Assembly (NCBI GenBank): GCA_047495785.1 | Contig: JBLDXI010000023.1 | Span: 930,001 to 994,000 of the forward strand | Length of the DNA: 64,000 bases | From: Lepidodermella squamata | Taxonomy: Eukaryota; Animalia; Gastrotricha | Reading direction: 5' to 3' | Part shown: positions 1 through 11,308 of the stretch, one piece after another | How positions within the stretch are numbered: the first letter of the stretch is position 1 | Layout: every line of letters begins with the position of its first letter | Notes under the pieces: model-generated | The model's database searches: none | What the model was told of the DNA's origin: nothing | The model's input: the letters and a program-made list of their open reading frames with translations, nothing else | Made by a program: the position numbers and the translations under genes

Positions 1-940
1 CTCCGTGCAGCACATTCGAAGAGTTCCTGGTTTCAAGACTATGACTTGAGAAAATAGAACAGAATAAATGAACAAAAAACCTACGTTCTGGTAATCATTC
101 TTATTGTTCATAAGACATAAGTCGTATGATGTATCAGTGTAATATATCTACTATTTTACGAACTATTCCATTCATGATTATAGGGAACTATAATATCACT
201 CGGATTGTTGCGTTGAAACTACTAGTTGTATTAAAATCAAACGATTCAGTGTTTGTATTTCATTACCTAAACCCTAAACTTACAAAATATGTGTGTGCGT
301 GCTTTTTTATTAGTTTTTATTCATCGTAATGCGTATAAAATTTGTACTTGGAGGCTCATGCAAAAATAATTCAAGTCTTATACGAACGGCGTATGGATTA
401 TTCATGAAACCTGAAGCCTGCGCAGCGAATTCTTTCAAATTGATGCGACATGCGACATGAGGAAAATGCTGCAATTTCATTCAATGCTTGCTAGTTCTGT
501 AAAGAAATGAAGTGAGCAAGTTGCGTTTTAAATTGCTTAAACCTTCCGTGGTTTGGGAACTTTTAAAGCTCATACATCAACCCGTTTTTCTGCTCCCGGC
601 TCGCCACTCGCCACAAACTTCATCTTGGGGAGAACATTTCGTGGGGATATCTTGAAATAGGACCAGGTTGTATAAATAGAGATCTGGAACAACGCACCCT
701 GAAGTTCTTAACATTTCCAATTTCATGGTAAGTTTCCCCCTTAGCGAAAGTTATCCGGATCATAGCGGAAAATATGCCGTAAAACAGCCCGAGATATTTT
801 CTGATATCCCGGGCTGTTTGAGCCAGGATATCACGCTCTCCCACCAAGGACCTACCAAGGACACTGGATATCCCTAGAAGGCTGGAAGGAAAAGGTCCAG
901 ATTTTTATTTACTTCTTGAACATAATAACTGATAAGCAGG

Positions 941-2071
941 CTAACGAAGAAGCAAAGTGAAAACGACGGCGTAAAACAAAGTTATGCAAGCGAAATGAGT
1001 TAAAAAAGATAGCAAGTCTACAAATATGAATAAACGACCCTCGCGACCGAACCATCGAACTTTCCGCTCCGCTCGTTCGGGCCAAAGAGTTGTAAATCCA
1101 CACATTACAGCTGAATACATTGCTACGATAGCTGAGAAGACAACAACTCCCACCAAGTAAAACTCGGCAACCATTGGCCTTGGGCTAGCTGGGACTGATG
1201 CTCCGAATTGACTCTGCATAACCATGATTGACAGCATTACAGAACACGCGAAAGCTGGCCGGTCCGGTTCAGTCGCTGGAATAGCGAAAGATGCGAAGAC
1301 GAGGCCGTTCAAAATCACACTAGGCGCGAAAAGCGAGATGATAATGAACTGCGGTTTTCGCTTCAAAATGATGGATATTCTCGCCTCCGTGAACCTATCC
1401 GGGCCAATCATGATGCCATCGAGATGCGTTTCATTGCTCACGATTTCCCAGTTTGAATTCGACGGCATACCGTTGCTCTGGAATCTCTGGTAAATTGCTT
1501 CGTTGATATTCATATGCCGTTGAGGCAGCCGGCTTGATATGATCAAAGAGCAGGTTTGAGCGTCGAACGGGAATCGAAGCAGTTCCAGATCACAAGTTGT
1601 CGTAAACCTGCCGTGGTAACTGCCTAAAAAGCGACCCTCAGATGGCCACATAACCATGCTTCTAAACGTTTCTTCAGCCGCGTCAAGAGCCGTTTGCCCA
1701 TACGAGTTTCGCAAAGTCAGTGGCGGGAACCAAATGCTGTCTGTTGGGACTTCATACATTTCTCGGTAGAAATATTCTGGCCAGTGGTTGGAGGCGTTGT
1801 TAACGTAATCCTTGACGCATTTAACTTCCCAAAAGAGATGTATTGCGCCGTTAAACGAAAACGTCTCAGCTACGTCGTTGATGCCGAGGAAGCGGTCCAA
1901 GCCAACAGTGACTGACAGATTTGTTGTTAATTTAGTAATTTCATTCGGTGAATTCGCCGATGCGTGAATGTGGCAGTTTTGCTGCAGAAGCTCCAAGGCT
2001 GGGAAATAGTTTTCGTTCAGGGCGACCACGCCTGCTATGAACCAGCAAAAAAGGATGAATCTTGAAGCCAT
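941..2071 (-). CDS. Divergent Cys-loop LGIC subunit, subfamily C (~376 aa, uninterrupted CDS)
   Basis: ATG at 2071 opens signal peptide MASRFILFCWFIAGVVA; WFPP loop A; Cys-loop CDLELLRFPFDAQTC; pre-M1 LKRKP; four TM segments; M2 starts PDRPAFACSVML. Confidence 0.93.
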   Translation of the reverse strand: MASRFILFCWFIAGVVALNENYFPALELLQQNCHIHASANSPNEITKLTTNLSVTVGLDRFLGINDVAETFSFNGAIHLFWEVKCVKDYVNNASNHWPEYFYREMYEVPTDSIWFPPLTLRNSYGQTALDAAEETFRSMVMWPSEGRFLGSYHGRFTTTCDLELLRFPFDAQTCSLIISSRLPQRHMNINEAIYQRFQSNGMPSNSNWEIVSNETHLDGIMIGPDRFTEARISIILKRKPQFIIISLFAPSVILNGLVFASFAIPATEPDRPAFACSVMLSIMVMQSQFGASVPASPRPMVAEFYLVGVVVFSAIVAMYSAVMCGFTTLWPERAERKVRWFGREGRLFIFVDLLSFLTHFACITLFYAVVFTLLLR

Positions 2072-2265
2072 GTTTGACAACGAATCGGGCGAATGGAAGA
2101 TGTCATTTCCTTGCAAGAAATTTAAAGCAAACACTGCTTGATAGAACAGACTTAATTAATTTTCACATTCTTTTTTTGTTTACTAACCGAGCATTTTCAA
2201 TCGATTTCGATATCATCTTGCACGTACGTGATCATACTCATCATAAAGCGCTCCGGGACTCAGGA

Positions 2266-2336
2266 CTAAGGCGAAGTAGCAGGTTAGGGTTCCGCGTTCT
2301 CACCGCGACGGCCCGGTTTCGATTCCCGGAACTAAA
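2266..2336 (+). pseudogene. tRNA-Glu(CTC)-derived pseudogene or SINE head
   Basis: ggttagggttccgcgttCTCaccgcgacggcccggtttcgattcccgg resembles the eukaryotic tRNA-Glu anticodon arm and T arm/B box; the acceptor stem does not pair. Confidence 0.65.
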
Positions 2337-2581
2337 CTATTTCTAACATGAAGTTTCGGATTCTTTTGTTGTTACGCAGCTTGAAAAAGTAATCTTACTG
2401 AAATAAATGATTCCCACATGTCCATAGGTAAACCGAATTTCGGCTCGCTTGGCGCAGCTCGTGGTTCTAGATCGGGGGAAATTGTATTTCATTATGGAAG
2501 ACACTTGGCAGGTGTTTTTCCCAAGTTTGGTTCTTGAACAGTGTAACAGTGTAAGAAATGTATGTGCTCCATTTTTAATTT

Positions 2582-2883
2582 CATTGCGGAACCACTAAAA
2601 AGTTGAACTTTGGCGCGCGCTCTGATTGGTCGGTTTATTGTTGCTATGACCCCGGGATTTTATATTTATGTAAAAAATGACCTTGCCACACCCTCTGCAC
2701 GGTTTCCATTGACCACGAGCGTAAACTCCATATTAATCGTGGCAAATTACTGCAGCAAAAAACACTTGTTGCAAAAACTTTTATGGATCGCACGACTGAA
2801 CGTTTCATCCGGGAGTCTTAGCAACGATCGATTGACCAATAGGCGTGCGCGCCAAGATTGGACTTTTGAGTGGTTCCACAATG
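2582..2883. mobile_element. MITE family A (~300 bp, long imperfect TIRs)
   Basis: Starts CATTGCGGAACCAC...TTGGCGCGC and ends GCGCGCCAAG...GTGGTTCCACAATG; second copy at 57811-58100. Confidence 0.8.
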
Positions 2884-3264
2884 TTGCTCAATTCAAGGAT
2901 GAAATCAGCAATACATTTTACAATACAATAGAATGGTATAATTTCAATACCTTCGAGCTTTCTTGACGGAGCACGTCCAGCTTACCTTGTGCATAGTGCA
3001 AAGTACAGCAAATTATCGTGCACTCGGATGATGCGATGCGGAAATTGAAACATACGTGTTTTGCGCCTCTGACATTTTTCGTAAATGAAAAAACCATTCT
3101 ATCAACCAATAATTCAATACAAAATCGCAGAGGACGAAACTGACGATGAATCTGAGAGGAAATTGCATTCGAAAGCATTGAGATTGACGAACTATAATAA
3201 AAAAATATAAAAATATCTGGCTAACACTTTTCGTCCACTTTCCAATAGTTTATATGTCATCATC

Positions 3265-4446
3265 ATGGCTAGTTCGATACTCCAAGCAATTCTGATCATT
3301 TACATGTCGCAGAATGCCTCGGCGAAACCAGCCGACAATGACAGTATTTGGACGTTCAACCCAACATCAACGATTCTAAGCAACTGTAGGATAGGACCGA
3401 CAGTCAATTCTCCGACTGAATTAGAAGGAGAGCCCACTCTGGTTAAGCTAGCGCTACAGCCAAAACTATTAGCAGAAATTGACGATGTTTCTGAAACTTT
3501 CACTATTTACGCTAGACTCTTCATCATCTATGAATCAAAATGCATTGCCGATTTGTACCGAAACAAATCGCGTAATGGTAGCGTCGAATGGCCGCCCGCC
3601 ATCAGATACTTGTCAAAAGAAGATCCGAGCCAGTACTGGTACCCGAACTTGTCTCATGAAAATTCAATCGCCAGCCCAGAGATGGTCGAAAGTCTATATA
3701 GCAGAGTAGGTATCGACTTTGTTAGAGGCAGCGTTACAATTACCCTGACGGGGAAATTCGCATCAAACTGCAATTTAGACATGACGTACTTCCCTTACGA
3801 TAAGCAGACGTGCAATATTGAAATTGCTATTTTGCAAAGCGACATTTACACGAAAATCAGTGAAGCATGGTTCTTTTCATACAAATATTACGATCCTCCC
3901 TTTCTGAAGGAGAACTCGGGATGGGAGCATGACATTTCGCAACGATCCGCCACATTTGGCATCCTTAGGTTCATGCCTTCAGCTAATTATTCAAGAGCTA
4001 CCTTCAGCTTCGGATTCAAACGGAAACCTGCCTATTTTATGACATATCTTTTCGGGCCCAGTCTGCTTTTAGCAGTATTGATTTTGTCGTCGTTTCTCAT
4101 CCCGGCAGAGGTTTCAGATCGACCGGTTTTCGCATGCACAGTTATGCTGACTATTTTTGTCCTCCAGGAGAATCTGCAAGCTTATTTGCCGAAAACGCCA
4201 AAGCCGATGGTCGCAGGATTCTTCAGCTTGTCACAAGCCATTCTCGCAACGCTGTGTATCATATACGAATCCATGATGTGTGGATTCATCGCTTCATTTC
4301 CCGACATTGCGGGCAGAAAGTTTTCGATTTTTGGCAGAGCAGTTTCTTGCTATTTTGCTGTTGACGCTTTCGTCTTTTCACTCGCATTCATTGCGTATTT
4401 AGCGTCATATGGGCTGATTGTTATCATACTTTTGCATCTGTTATAA
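3265..4446 (+). CDS. Divergent Cys-loop LGIC subunit, subfamily A (393 aa)
   Basis: Signal peptide; WYPNLSHEN; CNLDMTYFPYDKQTC; FKRKP; four TM; M2 SDRPVFACTVML. Confidence 0.93.
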   Translation: MASSILQAILIIYMSQNASAKPADNDSIWTFNPTSTILSNCRIGPTVNSPTELEGEPTLVKLALQPKLLAEIDDVSETFTIYARLFIIYESKCIADLYRNKSRNGSVEWPPAIRYLSKEDPSQYWYPNLSHENSIASPEMVESLYSRVGIDFVRGSVTITLTGKFASNCNLDMTYFPYDKQTCNIEIAILQSDIYTKISEAWFFSYKYYDPPFLKENSGWEHDISQRSATFGILRFMPSANYSRATFSFGFKRKPAYFMTYLFGPSLLLAVLILSSFLIPAEVSDRPVFACTVMLTIFVLQENLQAYLPKTPKPMVAGFFSLSQAILATLCIIYESMMCGFIASFPDIAGRKFSIFGRAVSCYFAVDAFVFSLAFIAYLASYGLIVIILLHLL

Positions 4447-4869
4447 ATACTCGCCTATTAACGCTACAATGTTGTGTAATACGAACATGAAACGCTTGTT
4501 TCCTTTGTGTTTTTTGCCGTTGAATGTGTGTAATGTGTATGAAAACTCAATTCTTAACGCTCTGTAGCTCTAAAACTGAACCAGCTTGTTATGTTTCTGA
4601 AACTATACGAAATGACTTTATTATTTCTGTGGATTTCCCTCTAGTTTTAGCTCATGGACGAAGTTTTTCCTCCATCCTCCATCCTCGGCTCATACATCGT
4701 GACTTGTGATTCATCTTTTCCGAATTTCTACCTAAGATGCGATTAATAAACATTTTCAGACTCTATAGCCAGCATTTTTCAATGGCTTAATTTCCTTAGT
4801 TTAAACGTTTGAACACTCGTTGGCACAATTAAACAGGCGAAAAGGAAATAGTGATGAACATATACGTTC

Positions 4870-5787
4870 CCGATTCCCCGAAACATTTTCCCCGAAATTG
4901 CTGGGCGCCCGAAATATATTTCCCCGAAAACATGTTTCCCCGAAATTTTACGAAAACGCGAGCTTTATTTACAACGAGTTCATAATCAAGGAGCAATATA
5001 TTCATATCACAATCCGGCGCTAATGTCCGAGAGATGCAGGCTAATGCTCTCTAAAAACTCGATGCGAAGAGTTATGCGACGGGCTGAACGTTCTAATGGC
5101 GCCAGGCCTTGTCCGTCGATAAGTCGATTCTCCGACAGATACCAATGTTCCAGCAAATGTATTGCCGTATCGACGGTTTTATTCTTTTTGATTGTTCTTT
5201 TTAATTTTTGACCGCCCGAAAGTTGCACCAGTTTCGCCTCGACGCCTCGATGTTTGCCGAGGATCAAGTTGATGAACTGCCAAACGTTTGGATGCGCCGC
5301 AACCAACTTTTTGTTCATCGCACTGTGCCATCCTAAACTGATTAATTTAACGACGAAAAACAAGAAAAACAAGAAACGAGTAAGCTAACCTTCTTCGACA
5401 TTGTTTTTTCGTATTTCTTTGGCGTGAACGTTCCACTCACAAGGAGGAAATAGCCCTTTCCCACATTGAATTTAAATACGTGCAGAATTGCTTCATAGCT
5501 TGAATTGCAGGAGCTTTTTCGGTGAGATGATTAATGGCGCTCTGCACATCTACAGCGAGTAGAAAGGCTGGGGCTAGACGTAACTCTAGACGCAGCTCCG
5601 CGTCACGTTAGTTGCCACTCGACTCGGCTTTGGATAGTATTTAAGGACACCCAAATCACCCAGTTTTCGAATTATGGTTTGGCTACTACAACGACTAATC
5701 GTTTCGGGGAAGTTATTTCGGGGAAATTATTTCGGCGACGCACTTTTCGGGCAACACGTTTTCGAGGAAGTTATTTCGGGGAATCGG
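4870..5787 (-). mobile_element. Internally deleted Mutator-like (MULE/Phantom-type) transposon
   Basis: TIRs built from ~15-bp tandem units (ttccccgaaa... / ...tttcggggaa). Interior on the minus strand reads LFPPCEWNV..RKNNVEEG|WHSAMNKKLVAAHPNVWQFINLI across a 57-nt GT-AG intron (5333-5389), matching the MULE transposase NNxxEGWH...HPNxWxF motif. TSD not identified. Confidence 0.8.
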
Positions 5788-6163
5788 TCATAAATCCATT
5801 CGAGAACTGAGACTCTTTGGTGAGCATAGATAAACTCGATCATAATCGAATTTTTTATGGATTCAGAGTTTTTAATAGATATAGATTCGCGTTAGAGTTT
5901 AGCGATTGAATATTTGATTAGTAAAGTCGACAAGCGTATAGGGTCCATAGGTCGCGTGATTTTTATTTTCACACAACAGGGCTAGATCGTGAGTGTCATA
6001 TCTTCAGTATATTTTTATCTATGAAATTTCGCAGTTGTGCTAGCTATGTATTTTGTATGGGCGCTTCGTGATTAATCGAGGAGGAAATTGCATTCGACAA
6101 TCAATATCAGAGAAATTGTCATCTGCAACATTTCTTCCAATAGTTCCCATATCACCAGTGCTC

Positions 6164-7336
6164 ATGGCTATTTCGATTATTCAAGCAAATCTCATCATAG
6201 CCATGTGGCGAACTGCCTTGGCTGTACCAGCCAACAATGACAGCATTTGGATTTTCAATCCAACTTCAACGATTCTCAACAACTGTAGGATAGGACCGAC
6301 AGCCAATTCGCCGACTGAATTAGAGGGAGAGCCCACCTCAATCGATTTATCGCTAAAACCAACACTCTTAGATAATATTGATGATGTGTCCGAAACTTTC
6401 ACCATTTCTGCTTCAATCTACATGGCCTATAAATCAAAATGCATTGCCGACCTCTACCAAAACAAATCGCGTATTGGGAACATCGAATGGCCGAAAAACA
6501 TATCTCTCCTAACAAGGGAAGATCCGAACCTGTACTGGTGTCCAAGCTTGTTACATGAAAATTCGGTCGGCAGCACAGCGATGGTCGAAGGTTTTTTTCG
6601 ATTTGCAATTATAAACGTCACGCTGGGAAGTGTTACATATGGCTTGACGGGTAAATTAGCGTCCTACTGCAATTTGGACATGACCTACTTCCCTTTCGAT
6701 AAGCAGACGTGTAAAATCGAATTTACTCTAGCGCAAGGCGATATATTCTCAAAAATCAAAGTCGCACGGTACAAAGATTCCTTCACTCAGTTTATGAAAG
6801 AAAACTCCGGATGGGAGTATGACATTTCGCAACGATCCGTGACATTTGGCGTTCAACTATTCGAGCCAATCACAAATTTTTCAAAGGCTACTTACACCTT
6901 CGTGTTCAAACGGAAACCTGAATACTATTTGACATATCTTTTCGGACCAAGTGTGCTTCTCTGCGTATTGATTCTATCTTCATTTCTTATCCCAGCCGAG
7001 ATCCCAGACCGGCCCGTTTTCGCTTGTACAGTTATGCTGGCTATATTTGTTCTTCAAGAAAACCTACAGTCTAGCCTGCCGAAAACCCCAAAGCCGATGG
7101 CTGCCGGAATTTTCAACCTGTCGCAAGCCGTCCTCGCAACTCTGTGCATCATTTACGAATCCATGATGTGTGGTTTCATCGCTTTATTCCACGGCGTTGC
7201 AGAGCGAAAGTTCACGATTTTTGGTAGAAAGGTTTCTTGCTATATTCTTGTTGACGTCATAGTCATTCTACTCACCATTATGGCTTATTTAGCGTCATAC
7301 GTGGCGATTGCTATCTTCCTGTTGCAGCTGTTCTGA
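6164..7336 (+). CDS. Divergent Cys-loop LGIC subunit, subfamily A (~390 aa)
   Basis: ATG 6164 (MAISIIQANL, aligns with paralog starts); CNLDMTYFPFDKQTC; M2 PDRPVFACTVML; four TM. Confidence 0.93.
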   Translation: MAISIIQANLIIAMWRTALAVPANNDSIWIFNPTSTILNNCRIGPTANSPTELEGEPTSIDLSLKPTLLDNIDDVSETFTISASIYMAYKSKCIADLYQNKSRIGNIEWPKNISLLTREDPNLYWCPSLLHENSVGSTAMVEGFFRFAIINVTLGSVTYGLTGKLASYCNLDMTYFPFDKQTCKIEFTLAQGDIFSKIKVARYKDSFTQFMKENSGWEYDISQRSVTFGVQLFEPITNFSKATYTFVFKRKPEYYLTYLFGPSVLLCVLILSSFLIPAEIPDRPVFACTVMLAIFVLQENLQSSLPKTPKPMAAGIFNLSQAVLATLCIIYESMMCGFIALFHGVAERKFTIFGRKVSCYILVDVIVILLTIMAYLASYVAIAIFLLQLF

Positions 7337-7632
7337 ATGCGCTAAACTTATACGACTTATCAAATCTTATACGAGCGTTATACGAATTTTGCCCCTTTTC
7401 GTTTGTTGTATGGTGTTGTCTCGGTGCGTATGTATATTGTAAACGTTTGCAAACGTTTGCAGCCATGAAAGTGTATCGATTCCTTATGTTTCCGATACTT
7501 CTGTTATTAGATCGTGAGGACAGTTCCAGCTTATCTACGTCAATTTGATGCCAAACATCCAAAGCGATGTGTTTACAAACTCTTCAGACATTTAGAGAAA
7601 TTCACGTTTATACTCAGAATAATTTCACTACC

Positions 7633-7930
7633 AGATTATCTTTTAGCGGAACCAAATTTGCATGTTGCGGAACCTAATTTTAGACAAGCAAAAGGTCGAT
7701 TTTTGAATATTTCTACGAAATAAAGGTAATGCATGAATTCTATAGTGTAGAATGCGTCTTATACAGAATTTTACGCTGAATTTAATGATGATTCAGTTCA
7801 AATTATGCTGATTAATCATAAAGCTTCGAAAAGTGACTTTTGGCCCATTGAAAATTCCGAAATTTGGTTCCGCTAACAGGCAAATTTGGTTACACTACAG
7901 TCAAATTTGGTTCCGCTAAAAGTAAGACCC
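7633..7930. mobile_element. Mutator-like MITE with 9-10 bp TSD
   Basis: TIR cttttagcggaaccaaatttg / caaatttggttccgctaaaag with subterminal repeats; flanked by direct repeat tttcactacc at 7623-7632 and 7931-7940. Confidence 0.8.
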
Positions 7931-8189
7931 TTTCACTACCATTAATCATTTAATCCACAGAATCACTTAAGTATCTGTATTTGCTGCGATTATAGCGCTG
8001 ACGTGAAACTGACAAATTTCATTTCGAGCACCCACCTTATCTCGAGACGTTAGCTATTGTTCTAAACTGTTCATTTGGGATTGTTTATTTTCGGTTCATC
8101 TTTTTTTCGCTCTTTTAGCTATATTAGCTATATACTAGCGATTTTACTAGCGATGCTATTTTTAGGTCTCTTAATAAAATATAACACTG

Positions 8190-9362
8190 TATCTATATTT
8201 TTAACCTTGAAACACAAATCTATATTTTTTCATACTTCAAATATAGATTTGAATATGAACTATATTTCTGATCTATATCTGAAATATAGATTCAGGTGAT
8301 CTATATTTTCGACATGGAAAATCTATATTTTGAATATAGAAGGCCCATTTTCAAGCCTAATACTTCCGAGGTCTTGAAACAGCTAATTCCAACGAAAAAA
8401 CACAAGGATATAGTTTTCGCAACGCAATTTATTATGAAAGAAAATGGAGAAATTCAATTTTGAGATAACTTAGACGGGGATAGATTGGCAGGATTTCATT
8501 CGGGCAGCAAAAATCGGCATTAGGAACCAGAATTTCTCCGAAAATTCCAGAAAATCGGGCAGCATTTCGTCCCCACTTTGCATGAATTCGGCAGCGTTTC
8601 GTGGGTCGGCTCTTGCAGAAGATCCTCGAACAGATTCGGTGAGCAAGTCGCCTCCGAAAGCACCGGGAACGCTGCGCAGAAGATCCAGGAAATCCGACAG
8701 CATTTCGCCCCCAACTTGCAGAAATCACCACCTGGAATTGAACCTTGCAGCACTGCCAGCGATAGTTCCGATTCAATCGCGTTGAAACATCCACGTACCA
8801 AACACCATTGCGACGCGCTTGTCCGAAATTGAGCCATTTTCAACAACCAGAGATGCAATTCCGACGGACTGCTGAGCTTCTTTGATCGGATCCAAGCGTG
8901 TCGTTCAAATCGAACCAGTTTATTCAGAAGCAAAAGCGGAAAGTTTCGCCAACGTTCATTTCGAAGGAAGCAGGTTTCAGGGTTGGTGGGTTTCGAACCA
9001 TTCGCTTCGAATGCAGCAGCATTGCCAATCTGAGCATTTCCGGGAGCATTTGTTCGTGAAATTCGAGCAGAAGGTCGGACAGAAAATCGACGTTCAAAAC
9101 GAGACAAAATTCGAACGAATGAGAAAAAATGAGCGAGAATGAGAATAAAGCCATTTTTAGGTGAAATTTTAAGTTGGATTTTTTATTTTTATTACTTCTG
9201 CGTTGCGAAAAATTCATTCACCTCGTGAAATCTCGTCTCCACTCGCCTACCGGCTCGTTCCGCCTCGATTTCACTCGTTTCATTCGTTTTACTCGATCTA
9301 TATTTCGTGCTTCTCTCAAATATAGATTCCTACTCATGTTATATCATACAAATATAGAATTC
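8190..9362. repeat. Probable decayed DNA transposon with clustered ATCTATATTT/AAATATAGAT subterminal motifs
   Basis: The motif recurs in both orientations at 8190-8340 and 9296-9360 around a more GC-rich interior with broken ORFs; ends and TSD not resolved. Confidence 0.45.
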
Positions 9363-9368
9363 ACCATT

Positions 9369-10502
9369 TTAACCTAACATTAGATTGAAGATAGTTGCAT
9401 AAAACAAAACCAGCAAGAATAAATGTAAAGTGAATGATGCTGCGTCGACGAGTAAGAAAAATCGTATTTTACAACCGCATACGACTCTCACTTGCTCAGC
9501 TTTTTCCGGCCACAGGGACGTAAAGCCGCACATGATCGCCGAATATGTTGCGACAGATGCTGCGAAAACGACCACTCCTATCAAGTAGTACTCAGCGATT
9601 ATCGGCTTCGGAGTTGCTGGGACTAAGTTGCCAAACTGGCCCTGCATAACCATGATTGACAGCATGACAGAACACGCGAAAGCTGGCCGGTCAGGTTCAG
9701 TGGATGGAATCGCAAAGGCAGCGAAAATTAAGCAATTGAGAAGGATACTAGGAGCGAGAAGGCTCATAATTATGAATTGCGGCTTCCGCTTCAGCGTCAT
9801 GCGAAATCTCATCTCGCGAAACTCGCCATACGTTGGCAGCACAACGGGCAAAACTACGGAATCGTAGGCCAAGATTTGCCAGTTGGAATTAGCTGGCATG
9901 CTATTGTCTCCTGGAGGAAAATTAAAACCAGTGCTCAAAAGGTTGACGTGTTCCACTGGCAGTCGGCTGGAAATGATGATAGAACAATTCTGAGTATCCA
10001 ACGGGTATTGATACAGCTGTATATCGCAAAACGCGCCAACCTTGCCGTAGTAGTTTGCGAAGAAGTAGCCAACATTTGGTAAGATATTTAAAGTTTTAGC
10101 AAGATCATCCGTAGAATCGATCACGGTCTGAGCGTTAGAATTTCGCAGCAGCAGGGCTGGAAACCAGAACCTGTCCAACGCCGGCAGGTCATAAATCGCA
10201 GCGGACAAACGAGCTGGCCATTTATTAGCTGGGTTGTTCGCGAATTTCGCCACGCAGTCCGATCTCCAAGCTACAGTCATCATTCCGATAAATGTTACCG
10301 CTTCTGCTACATCGTTCACGCCCAGAAATCGATCGACCATAAGCCCAACTGTGACATTTGTTTGAACGCCGAGCAATTCGTTGGGGCTATTGGCTGATGC
10401 GTCAATGTTGCAGTTTTCGAGTAGTTTGTCAACCTGAACGTTTACTTTCTCATCTGCTATGATTTCTTCTATAAAGAAGAAAGTAGCTAGTATTAAAATC
10501 AT
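9369..10502 (-). CDS. Divergent Cys-loop LGIC subunit, subfamily C (377 aa)
   Basis: Signal peptide; WFPALLLRN; CDIQLYQYPLDTQNC; LKRKPQF; M2 PDRPAFACSVML. Confidence 0.93.
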   Translation of the reverse strand: MILILATFFFIEEIIADEKVNVQVDKLLENCNIDASANSPNELLGVQTNVTVGLMVDRFLGVNDVAEAVTFIGMMTVAWRSDCVAKFANNPANKWPARLSAAIYDLPALDRFWFPALLLRNSNAQTVIDSTDDLAKTLNILPNVGYFFANYYGKVGAFCDIQLYQYPLDTQNCSIIISSRLPVEHVNLLSTGFNFPPGDNSMPANSNWQILAYDSVVLPVVLPTYGEFREMRFRMTLKRKPQFIIMSLLAPSILLNCLIFAAFAIPSTEPDRPAFACSVMLSIMVMQGQFGNLVPATPKPIIAEYYLIGVVVFAASVATYSAIMCGFTSLWPEKAEQVRVVCGCKIRFFLLVDAASFTLHLFLLVLFYATIFNLMLG

Positions 10503-11308
10503 GACGACTGAAATAAAAGCGTCTTGCTAAGCGGTCAAAACGAACACACCTACAGTCGCAAAAATTCGGATTTTAATTGGCAGAAATGTTTAAATATTTG
10601 GTTTTTGTAACAAAAATACCTCGAAATCAAAATGCAAATAATCGTGGAGTTGCCAAGGTTTTTTCCACCCCCCCCCGCATTTACATCCACCCAATTATAT
10701 CTTATTTCTGATACTGGAGTTTCATGTTAATCAAGATCCTATGTTTACTCAACTAAGGCGTTGTCGCTGAGAGGAGAAATGGCTAGACTGTTGATGGAAT
10801 GCCGTATCTCCTCGCTTGTGTGAACTTCAAAGTTCAGATCTATCGTCTTTTGATAATTGTCATGAGAAAAGAAATTTTTCACCTTTAACTATGCCTTTAA
10901 CCTTGAAAGTTCTATGAGTTTTATAGATGCCGTTCAAATACCGTGAGACTGAGAAGATATTCAGAGAAATCCATAGCAGCCATGATCTGACCATTATTGT
11001 CAACAAATCAACAGTTTTCGCCGGTAGTTTCGTATTTCCTGTAATAAGGCCACCTCGGCTTGTACCGTTGATTTATTCGAGAATGATGACTATGTGTTAG
11101 CAGACTAAAGCACTTGTCGAGAATAGCTTTAAAGAAGTACAATTTGTAAATATTTTATTTCGAAATCGAGACCCCATGATGAATCGATGCTAACGCTTGT
11201 GGCTCGTGAGGCGTGAATCGAATCGTATGCAGCCGGGATTATTAAAAGGCGATTTGTGAAAATCGTTTAAATTTCTGCACCAGCCTCATTCAACATCAAT
11301 TACGGGAT

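Noticed and set aside
1224-1915. Antisense ORFs recurring opposite channel genes (also 9628, 17130, 24969)
   Set aside because: Shadows of conserved sense-strand codons in paralogs; no independent evidence.
2266-2336. Functional tRNA-Glu gene
   Set aside because: Acceptor stem and D arm are degenerate; reported as a pseudogene.
6053-6163. N-terminal extensions in the ORF track (also starts at 2134, 12538, 25849, 31927, 36174, 45292)
   Set aside because: Mostly non-ATG starts; downstream ATGs align across paralogs and directly open signal peptides.
8432-9217. Overlapping 70-195 aa ORFs
   Set aside because: No coherent domain; they lie inside a probable decayed transposon.
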